Positions 1 to 7,140 of a stretch of DNA of 11,833 nucleotides are shown piece by piece. The translations under genes and the position numbers were made by a program. Each line of letters starts with the position of its first letter. Within the stretch, counting starts at the first letter, position 1. This stretch comes from Rotaria sordida. Taxonomy: Eukaryota. The stretch is taken from the NCBI GenBank assembly GCA_905250005.1, contig CAJNOH010000912.1, forward strand, positions 4,079 to 15,911. Direction: 5' to 3'. The notes under the pieces are model-generated. The model was not told the DNA's origin. It did no database searches and was given only the letters and a program-made list of their open reading frames with translations.

Positions 1-330
1 AAATGTTTTGTGAATAATAGAGAAATAATCTATATTCTAAAAATAAAATGAAGAATGCCTTAAAAAAATAACATTAGACTCATTTTTGACTAATACCCTT
101 TAGTTAATTCAAACTTTTATATAGTTGAATTAGTTTAAGACATTTTCGCATTGCAGATTTTATTCTAATTGATGTAATGTCAGCGAGATTCTGTCTTCAG
201 AAAATCTTTTTAAGAAGAAAGATTCACGTACCATAGGTCTCAACAAAAAAATAATTCATCAAGGTTTTTTCCCTGTTCTGCTCTGTCTTATCCATGGAAT
301 TAACTGACACAAATTCTTTTAATCTTACGA

Positions 331-945
331 GGGAATCTCACCAACTGATACACTCTGCTTAAGCTCATATTTTGCTCTGAGGTAGGGCTTATAATGTAGA
401 TAAAAACCCTAAAAGGATTCTTCCCATTAAGTCTTCGTTCTCAAGTTATAATCATTTTACTGAGTTTCCAGCCTATCGCATGGTATTACAAGCAAAACCA
501 AACGAAGGAACTTCACTCTCAAATTTCGTCTAAGAATAGCTCTCATGGTCTTTATAATATCCAGAAAATTTCAGCCAAAATGGATGGTTTTTTTTCAAGA
601 TTTTAAACGCCAAACAAATCGGATTTGCTCGAATCTTTCATGAGAAAAGACCTTTTTCTGAACACTTGTTGTCTCGATAATAGAGCATCCATTTTGGTTG
701 AAACTGCCAGGATATTATAAGAGGGACCGTGAGACCTTTTTTCGGGCGAAATTTGAGATTAAAATTTCTTGACTTGATTTTGTTCGTAATACTCCGTGAT
801 AGGTTAAAAATTCAGTAAAATGATCATAACTCGAGAATAAAGGCTTAATGGAAAGAATCATTTTAGAGATTTTATTTACACTATGAGTTCTAATTACAAG
901 CAAAATATGAGCTCAAGCGGAGTGTATCAGTCGATGAGGTTCTGC
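331..945. repeat. Large imperfect inverted repeat (foldback): left arm ~331-587, right arm ~686-945, spacer ~98 bp
   Basis: The reverse complement of 700-945 aligns collinearly with 331-575. Matching pairs: actgatacactc 344-355 with gagtgtatcagt 920-931; gattcttcccattaag... with gattctttccattaag...; ccaaaatggatg 575-586 with catccattttgg 686-697. By-eye identity is ~75-80% with small indels. Track ORF 715..903 lies inside the right arm and is not credible. Confidence 0.85.
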
Positions 946-1123
946 TGTTATTATCGATCTCATCAATATCTGGCGTAGAGCGGAATTAATGCTACAGTCC
1001 ATAGATGAAATGAGTCTAGTTTTTTAACGATCGGTACTGATTTGAAAAAGTCAAATTAAAGTGAGCCGATCGATACACAGATTTAATCGGTCTACCAGTA
1101 AATACTGCTCTACCTATAATCAG

Positions 1124-1258
1124 AACCGTCGCCAGGAGGATGCAAAGGATGCTTGTGCACTCTCTGTGGCCAAAAAAACACCTGGGAGGGATGCAGACCA
1201 GAGACCGAAGCTAGGCGGGGAATCGTAGCGAGTCCCCAGGGCGGGACGAGGCGGGGTT
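1124..1258. other. GC-rich island (~60% GC) with three GC-box-like GGCGGG motifs; function unknown (TE fragment or promoter-like remnant)
   Basis: Hand count for 1141-1260 is 72/120 G+C, against ~30% nearby. GGCGGGG at 1214-1220 and 1250-1256, GGGCGG at 1239-1244. Direct repeat GGAGGATGCA (1135-1144) / GGAGGGATGCA (~1185-1195). The only ORF here (1110..1346, minus) is short and Pro/Gly-biased, as expected from GC-rich noise. Confidence 0.4.
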
Positions 1259-1750
1259 GAAATATATACTCGAAGCTTCTGCATGATAAATTTTTACAGC
1301 ATAAATTCTTATTTATAGACAATGTATGTAAATAATTAATAAACATGTTTTATGATAGATGTTTCTGTATCACCAAGTTTTATTTTCTGAGCACTGAAAG
1401 CCGATGATTGGATGCAAACTCTTATTGCGATTAATAATAGAATAGAAGAAAGAACAAACAAACGTTTGTTTTTTAATTGTCAAACTTACTCTTGATCACT
1501 ATATCAATGTCTAATTTTTGTTTTAGACTTAAGAAGGTCCCCTTAGAAATAAACTTTTTAATTTCTGCATAGAATTCAACTAAAATTTCAGAGAATATTA
1601 GTCCTTCTTAGAGTAGATTATGGTTAAAATATCCCCTCAAATCTGCAAGTTATTCACGAGTTATAAGCAATTTATTGGTCAAAAGTATTCTGTACGAGGG
1701 CGAGGTTTTCACAATCAGGATAGAGCCAATATGCCGGGATGGTTTTTAAA

Positions 1751-1961
1751 TTGTAGAGTACCCTTAGCGCTAGGTCTTTATAGAGCCCGATTTTTGAAAT
1801 TCCCTTTGTTTGTTGTTTAAAAAATCTTTTTTAAAAAAATTCTCAAATTCATGGCCAAAAAATCGCTGATAAAAATAACATATGTAAGTTTTTTATTCGC
1901 CAATAGAGAAATTCAATAATCGGGCTCTGTCACGACCTAGCCCTAACTGTTCTCTATGCAA
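1751..1961. repeat. Second foldback inverted repeat (arms ~1751-1830 and ~1880-1961) centred on the palindrome TGGCCA (1852-1857)
   Basis: ttgtagagtacccttagcgctaggtctttatagagcccgatt (1751-1792) matches the reverse complement of aatcgggctctgtcacgacctagccctaactgttctctatgcaa (1918-1961). Weaker pairing continues inward (cccgatttttgaaattccc... against cccgattattgaatttctc...). About 75% identity by eye. Confidence 0.7.
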
Positions 1962-2021
1962 CAAAAAAAATTATCGCTTCTATATTGAGTTGTTATTGAG
2001 TAAGATTTGTCCGCGCAAACA

Positions 2022-2107
2022 GGGTGTGGATGAGTGTGGGTATAAGTGTGGATATGGATATGGAGTGTGGGTATGACTAATATATGGATCAACAACCATA
2101 CCCACAT
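2022..2107. repeat. Imperfect GT-rich short tandem repeat (unit ~GTGTGGRTAT, ~4 copies), followed by a 10-bp perfect stem complement
   Basis: ggtgtggatgagtgtgggtataagtgtggatatggatatggagtgtgggtatg (2022-2075). tgtgggtatg (2066-2075) is the exact reverse complement of catacccaca (2097-2106), with a 21-nt loop. Confidence 0.6.
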
Positions 2108-2479
2108 CCTTAATTAAATTCTTTCGAAGCAGGGTATAATAGGTACACATGAAATGATATCTATTACGAAAATGAAGTCTTTTTTCTCCTACAAACTTCT
2201 TTTTAATATCATACATTGAATGATTTGAATGGTATTTTTATAAGATTCGTTTTAAAATATTCGAAAAACATTCAATTTTACAGTTGTTTCGAACAAGCTG
2301 TATAAAGTTCTGTTTTAATTTTTTTTCTCTCTTGTTTGCGCAATTGTTAAATAACTCGAAATGAACATACGATGAAAATATTTTCATAAAAAAATAATGA
2401 ATTGTTAGTTAAACGAAAAGTTTCGTTCAAAAATGCTACTCGAAGAAAATAAGATTGACACACTACTCACTGTTAATAT

Positions 2480-2720
2480 TTTTGTTGCAGCTTTCAGTTG
2501 TTCTATTTCATCAAAAAGAAGGTAATAGAATTTACGTATGGATAAATTTTTTCGTTCTCTTTTTTCATCTTATTTTCATAGATTGTAAAACTCACTTGGA
2601 ATGTTGACATTTCACTCTCTGCATTGTAACTGTTGATGTTCTTATGCAGCCAACATAGCAACATGAAAAAGAAAAAAGGTAACCAGCTGTAAAAGGTAAT
2701 GGAAAAAGAGAAAAAAAAAC
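2480..2720. repeat. Dispersed repeat module, long copy (paralogous to 3474-3600)
   Basis: Collinear blocks are shared with 3474-3600: tttgttgc...tctattt...aagg; ttcactctctgca / tttactctctgca; caacatagcaacATGAAAAAGAAAAAAGgtaac / caacataacaaagATGAGAAAAAAGgtaca; and an A-rich tail gaaaaagagaaaaaaaa / gagaaaagaaaaata. The long copy carries extra insertions, e.g. ttgtaactgttgatgttcttatgcagc. Confidence 0.55.
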
Positions 2721-3473
2721 GTTTATTTGACTAATAAAAACATCTGAATGTTCGATCATGTTTTTATAAGGACTAAGTTTGCATTATATAAATAATAAAT
2801 CATTCTTATCAAATTAATTTAACAGTGAAATAATTTAACCTATGTCCGATTGCTATCAAATAATGCTTTCTAATAATTATCGTTGTTGAACTGTTCGAAA
2901 AATAAACTATTAAGTATTGAACCAAATTCAGACATAGATTGAATTGAAATATATCATTCAAATTCTGTCACAAACTATTTGTTTGTTATTTATTTACGGT
3001 TTTATGTCGCACGTTGGATACTTATAGGAAACATCAATTATTATATTACACTTATATTTTCAAACATCGGTTTTGTTCTTGATCATTTGACGTTCAAGTT
3101 TAAATCTCACAGTCTCATGCATGAGGAATAAATAAAAATAATAATAAATTCAAGTAAACTTAAGAACAGTCATTACTCATTTTCTCATGAAAAAGTATAA
3201 AAACAGTAAATACTATAACTGAGTCAGATTATCTTCAATGTGCATTTCCTCTAATACATGGAGAGAAACTTCATATTACACAAAGTACAGCACATGTAGT
3301 GGCGTATTTTTTTAATGTATTACCGATGAAAATACCCAAATAATATTGTATCAAAGAGCACCTATGCGGTTCTTCGAAAAAGAAAGAACAATTGCCTGTT
3401 TGTTGTTTACTACCGTTATAAAACAAATTTTACTTTTTTTTTCTTCCAACCTATGTGCAAATCATCAATTTTA

Positions 3474-3600
3474 TTTACTTTGTTGCTCTATTTTTTTAAG
3501 GGATCACTAGGGAAACAGAATTTGATTCTTATTTACTCTCTGCACAACATAACAAAGATGAGAAAAAAGGTACATTTTTCATTGAGAAAAGAAAAATATC
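3474..3600. repeat. Dispersed repeat module, short copy (paralogous to 2480-2720)
   Basis: Same evidence as the long copy. This module overlaps track ORF 3453..3647, which I consider non-coding. Confidence 0.55.
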
Positions 3601-4404
3601 ATCTAGTCAACATCAACCACTATTTTTATTACATGATTTATTCTTAAGAATGCGAATTAATGATATGGAAATGACAATTGCTTCATTTTATAATTTATAA
3701 CAAACAAATTTTTCATGATAATTTACGATTTAACTCAAACATTTGTCGACTTAAAAAAGTTCTTTAATGAAAGAAGAAAATAACTTATCCTCCTATTCAA
3801 ATAAAACGTATGAAATTCTCTATAAAGTAATATTGGCAAAAACTCGAATGTTATCACGATACGATTCAAAACTTAATGTTTGATTTATTAATAATATATT
3901 TGACTTAGTAATCTGACTTACATCTAAATTATATTGCAAAACCAGAAAAGCATTAACATCAAACAACTAATATTAAGTTGTTTCTTTCGCTGATTTTATG
4001 AGCACACATGTTAACTATTAAAGAAAACTTATTAGTTCTTTTGATGCAAAAAATTCAATTATGATAAAAAACAATCGTTTTTTATTTCATTTTTTCTTTT
4101 ATAAATAGAAATTTTATATTTTTTTTCAATCTTTTGGTTACGGATTTGTATATATATATGGGCTGAACTTTTATTCGAAATTATAATTTCTACAATCTTT
4201 TATCTTTCTTAAGTCATGAAGTGATCTCTCTTTCTTCTATGCTTTTAATATCATAACATCCTTATATGATATCTCTGTATATACACATGTTGTCAAAATC
4301 GGCTCAGTCTTGATGATTGAACAACGATTTTTGATAAATCACAATTAATCGATGATTATTTGGGCAGGTGTAAATCATTGGTAACTTTGCAACAAACCTC
4401 AATA

Positions 4405-4579
4405 GTTAGTATTTATTTGTTTATAAATGTTTTTTCTTTTACTTAGGTTAATCTCGATAACACAATGAACAGTATGTATTTATTTAGAAAAAAAACATTG
4501 TTTTTTGTTATTTAGATCGATCTCAAGATTAAAATGAACAATAAGTATAATTGTATAAAGAAAAACTTTTGTTTTTTTT
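4405..4579. repeat. Diverged tandem repeat, ~2.5 copies of a ~65-72 bp unit
   Basis: Unit A (4443-4507) is ttaggttaatctcgataacacaatgaacagtatgtatttatttagaaaaaaaacattgttttttg. Unit B (4508-4579) is ttatttagatcgatctcaagattaaaatgaacaataagtataattgtataaagaaaaacttttgtttttttt. They are ~70% identical by eye. A partial preceding copy (4405-4442, gttagtatttatttgtttataaatgttttttctttt) matches the unit's 3' part. Confidence 0.6.
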
Positions 4580-5218
4580 ATTATATACGACAGATGAGGG
4601 AAGACAAAATCATCTGTCTCCTTACTTATGAGAAACTTTTATAGATACGATGATGATAGACAGTCATATAACTCGTTAAGACATATTCGTAGTCTTTTAG
4701 CGGAGAATTAAGACTAAGTTCGCTCATCGTAAATATCACATGAAAAATCGCGATTTTCTATAAAAGTGGGAAAAGTCACTTTCTTTTTAAAAGTGATTTA
4801 ATCACGACATAATCTCACGATTAATCGCTCTAACAAATCATCGATTTTTATCACATGAATATTTATCAAGTAGATAACAAACAAATTGTGGATTTATAAG
4901 TCTATGAGAAATCATAGGCTCTCCATGCTCAAAATCTTGTGAAACCAAATTAAAATTATGTAGAATCCTAAAATCATAATTACTCTAGAAACTTATGATT
5001 ACTGTTGAAACTCTAATCTTATAAAAGATCAGACGTTTAATTGTATTAGCTCTATATTATGGTACAAAAGCACAAGATTATTTACGGAGCTAGGGAAAGG
5101 GTGTGGATGAAGATCATTGATACCCTCTATAATTGAATTAAAGTTATCAAAAAAAAAAAGAATTACGAAAAATCGAAAAACTAAAGTAGTTATTAATAAT
5201 ATTAGAATAATTCTAAAT

Positions 5219-5224
5219 TTTATT
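5219..5224 (-). terminator. Candidate poly(A) signal AATAAA for the nuclear receptor gene
   Basis: The minus strand reads catttAAATAAAattt. The hexamer lies ~95 nt downstream of the TGA stop. In DNA this AT-rich such hexamers also occur by chance. Confidence 0.3.
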
Positions 5225-5245
5225 TAAATGATTAAAATAAAACAA

Positions 5246-5274
5246 AAAGAAAGAAAGAAAGAAAGAAAAAAAAA
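5246..5274. repeat. (AAAG)5 microsatellite followed by A9, in the presumed 3' UTR of the nuclear receptor gene
   Basis: G at 5249, 5253, 5257, 5261 and 5265, each separated by AAA, then a poly-A run to 5274. Confidence 0.9.
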
Positions 5275-5316
5275 TTATTAAAGAACTTCACTAGAATTAT
5301 TATTTGATTGATTAAT

Positions 5317-6131
5317 TCATGTTGTTTGTATTTGTATTTCATCATTACAAGGTAAATAAATTAATTCATTTGTATTTCTATAAATATTATCTTCTGAAAT
5401 TAAATATGAATTTAATAAATCATTATTTATTGTTGATGAACAAATTCTATTTGATATCATATCATTTGCCATCATATCAATAAAACGTAAAACAAATTGT
5501 GCTTTCATATATTTAATATTTTTTTCATTTGTTAAATTATGAGTATATATATTTGATCCTTCTGTATAAGTTCGTGCTTCTTTTTCTTGATCACATTCAA
5601 GTTCAAATAAACGTAATATTCTTTCAATAACTGTATCATTTGATAAATGAAATATATTTTCATTTGTATCTGAATTTGATGATAAAAAAATTAATGATCC
5701 ACCACCAATTTGTTCATCATCAAAAGCTAATATAAGTAAAATCATAATAAGACGCCATCGTTCATTATGTGCAAATATCCATGCTTGTGGTTCTTTACAC
5801 CATGATGATAAATTTCGATCATTTTCACCTGTTATTAAAAATTTTATAGTTGATTCATGTCGTTTTAAACGTGCAAGAAATGTTTCTGGTATACGTTCAT
5901 TTTCATTCATAACAATATCAGCTAAACGATGACAAAATTGAAATATAATTGATGAATGAGTATTTGTTGTTGATTGTTGATCATATTCTTCAAATGATTG
6001 ATAACATTCAAGTAATTTTAACATTAATTGAAAATCATTATAATTTGGTTCAAGTTTAACACTTGATATTAATGATGATGAACGAAAAATTTTTGGTGGT
6101 TTACCAAAACGAATCTTATCTAAAGCCATAC
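5317..6131 (-). CDS. Nuclear receptor gene, terminal coding exon: C-terminal extension/hinge plus putative ligand-binding-domain region, including the TGA stop at 5319-5317
   Basis: Uninterrupted ORF (track 5317..6129, 270 aa). The AG acceptor at 6133-6132 (ttttaaag|GT ATG GCT) joins G(6198)+GT(6131-6130) into a Gly codon, giving ...CRFDKCKCVG-MALDKIRFGKPPK. The 'GM..D.(I/V)RFG(K/R).PK' motif directly after the second zinc finger is the extension seen in NR1-type receptors (E75/Rev-erb/ROR/PPAR-like). The remaining ~250 aa is the right length for an LBD, but I cannot recognise the canonical LBD signature or a clear AF-2 motif. Confidence 0.8.
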
Positions 6132-6197
6132 CTTTAAAATTAAAAAATAATTATTAATTTATATATATATATATATTAATTAATTTTTTTTTCTTAC
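6132..6197 (-). other. Intron (66 nt, phase 1) immediately after the DBD; contains an (AT)8 microsatellite
   Basis: GTAAGA donor and ttttaaAG acceptor. Removing it creates the conserved ...KCxxVGM... junction. Confidence 0.8.
6160..6176. repeat. (AT)8 microsatellite inside nuclear receptor intron 2
   Basis: tatatatatatatatat can be read directly at 6160-6176. Confidence 0.9.
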
Positions 6198-6410
6198 CAA
6201 CACATTTACATTTATCAAAACGACATGCTGCACAATTATTACGATTATTTTTATTTATACAACATCTTATAGGACATGGTTCAAGAATAGTTGATTTTTT
6301 TGAATAACGACGAAAAAATCCTTTACATGCTTCACATGTAAATACACCAAAATGATATCCCGAACTAATATCATCACATACTCGACAAAGTTCAGATTCA
6401 TATTGTGATT
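6198..6410 (-). CDS. Nuclear receptor gene, exon encoding the complete C4 zinc-finger DNA-binding domain
   Basis: Translation is (K)SQYESELCRVCDDISSGYHFGVFTCEACKGFFRRYSKKSTILEPCPIRCCINKNNRNNCAACRFDKCKCV(G). The first finger is a canonical C-x2-C-x13-C-x2-C followed by KGFFRR. The acceptor is tttctttatatAG| at 6412-6411 and the donor is TTG|GTAAGA, with GT at 6197-6196. Entry and exit are both phase 1, consistent with the flanking exons. The upstream part of track ORF 6154..6507 (MFFFFSEISF...) is intron read-through. Confidence 0.88.
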
Positions 6411-6517
6411 CTATATAAAGAAAGAAAAAAAAATATGAATCTCTATCAATTGAAATAATCTTTAATGAAAAGAATGTGAATGATATTTCAGAGAAAAAAA
6501 AGAACAAATATTCTTAC
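6411..6517 (-). other. Intron (107 nt, phase 1) between the A/B exon and the DBD exon
   Basis: GTAAGA donor and pyrimidine-rich ...tttttttctttctttatatAG acceptor. Removing it restores one reading frame across two track ORFs that sit in different frames. Confidence 0.75.
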
Positions 6518-6974
6518 TCATTGTTTCATCTTGAAATTTTCTCTTTTTACTTGATTGAACTATTGATATGGATGATTTTTGTTGAGGATGATTTATTTCA
6601 ATTTCTTGTTCATTACTATTTCCATACAATTCACCTATATGTCTGGAAAAATTAATATCAATTGAATCATTAACTGTATTATTATTATTATTATTATGAT
6701 TTTGATATTGATTTTGATAAGCAGCTGCTACTGCAACATTTAAATAAGTTGTATCATAATTTGGATAGGATATTACATCTGTATGAGTAAGTTGAGATGT
6801 CGATGATGAAAATGGATGTTGATAAGATGATAAATAAACATTTGATGATGATGATGATGTTAAATGAGAATGTGTTGTTTGTTGACGAAATGGATAAGAA
6901 TTTGTATTATATGATGAATAAGGTAATGAATCAAGGTAATAAGAATCATTAAAACGAAAAGATGATTCACTCAT
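6518..6974 (-). CDS. Nuclear receptor gene, exon encoding the low-complexity N-terminal A/B domain (extends to 6992 if the upstream mini-exon is real)
   Basis: ORF from the ATG at 6974-6972 (MSESSFRFNDSYY...SSKKRKFQDETM). The donor is ATGA|GTAAGA, with GT at 6517-6516. That leaves 457 nt (152 codons + 1), and the A joins AA at 6410-6409 to give Lys, keeping the frame into the DBD exon. The tail of track ORF 6462..6974 (SKNICSFFSL...) is intronic. Codon style matches the other exons (A/T at third positions). Confidence 0.75.
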
Positions 6975-7050
6975 ATGACTATTATCAAATGTCTATTGTA
7001 ATCAAACAAAAAAGAAAAATGAAAAATAAAATTTAATCAAAATTACATAC

Positions 7051-7080
7051 TGTTGATAAATTATATTGATCACTATACAT
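7051..7080 (-). CDS. Candidate upstream 30-nt coding mini-exon of the nuclear receptor gene (MYSDQYNLST)
   Basis: The minus strand reads ttaataaaat ATG TAT AGT GAT CAA TAT AAT TTA TCA ACA|GTATGTaatt (GT at 7050-7049), then ...ttgattacaatAG|ACA TTT GAT AAT AGT CAT ATG (AG at 6994-6993). The implied 58-nt intron is phase 0 and joins in frame to the ATG at 6974, adding MYSDQYNLSTTFDNSH. The composition (Y/S/N/Q) matches the A/B domain. This rests on splice-signal inspection only. Confidence 0.35.
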
Positions 7081-7123
7081 ATTTTATTAAAAAGAAATAA
7101 TTCATTACAATTCTTTTTTGTTA

Positions 7124-7140
7124 TCTAAAAAAGAAAAAAA
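7124..7140 (-). promoter_or_regulatory. Candidate 3' splice acceptor (cis or spliced-leader) in the nuclear receptor 5' UTR
   Basis: The minus strand reads gctttttttcttttttAG|ataacaaaaaagaattg..., with AG at 7126-7125. This is a strong polypyrimidine tract plus AG, 44 nt upstream of the candidate ATG at 7080. Confidence 0.25.

Noticed and set aside
715-903. 62-aa minus-strand ORF from the track
   Set aside because: It lies entirely inside the right arm of the 331-945 inverted repeat. The matching left arm does not preserve an ORF. Its composition and codon usage are unlike the two real genes, and it has no recognisable motif.
920-945. Hammerhead-ribozyme-like string (cagtcGATGAGg) inside the foldback, considered because some helminth SINE-like repeats carry hammerheads
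   Set aside because: The conserved core CUGAUGA is not present (the sequence is TCGATGAG). No suitably placed GAAA or cleavage-site helix context was found.
1110-1346. 78-aa minus-strand ORF (…PRLVPPWGLATIPRLASVSGLHPSQ…)
   Set aside because: The ORF is kept open only by the stop-poor GC-rich island. The Pro/Gly/Arg-biased translation is typical of GC-rich non-coding sequence. It has no domain signature, and its codon usage is the opposite of the AT3-rich genes in this window.
1620-1820. 66-aa plus-strand ORF
   Set aside because: It overlaps the left arm of the second foldback (1751-1830), is short, and has no motif or splice context.
1980-2216. 78-aa minus-strand ORF with HTHTPYPYPHLYPH
   Set aside because: The His/Thr/Pro/Tyr periodicity is just the translation of the GT-rich imperfect tandem repeat at 2022-2075.
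2931-2969. 39-nt imperfect hairpin gacatagattgaattgaaatatatcattcaaattctgtc (possible miRNA-like precursor)
   Set aside because: The stem is too short and too mismatched (about 12 Watson-Crick pairs plus wobbles), and pairing does not extend into the flanks. Such hairpins are expected by chance in AT-rich sequence.
3453-3647. 64-aa plus-strand ORF
   Set aside because: It spans the short copy of the dispersed repeat module. The long copy (2480-2720) does not keep this frame open, so there is no sign of coding constraint.
6411-6517. ORF-track extensions SKNICSFFSLKYHSHSFH (end of 6462..6974) and MFFFFSEISFTFFSLKIISIDRDSYFFFFLYI (start of 6154..6507)
   Set aside because: Both are read-through into intron 1. 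The GTAAGA donor at 6517 and the AG acceptor at 6411 join the flanking coding parts in frame, and the read-through peptides are Phe/Ser-rich, as expected from T-rich intronic sequence.
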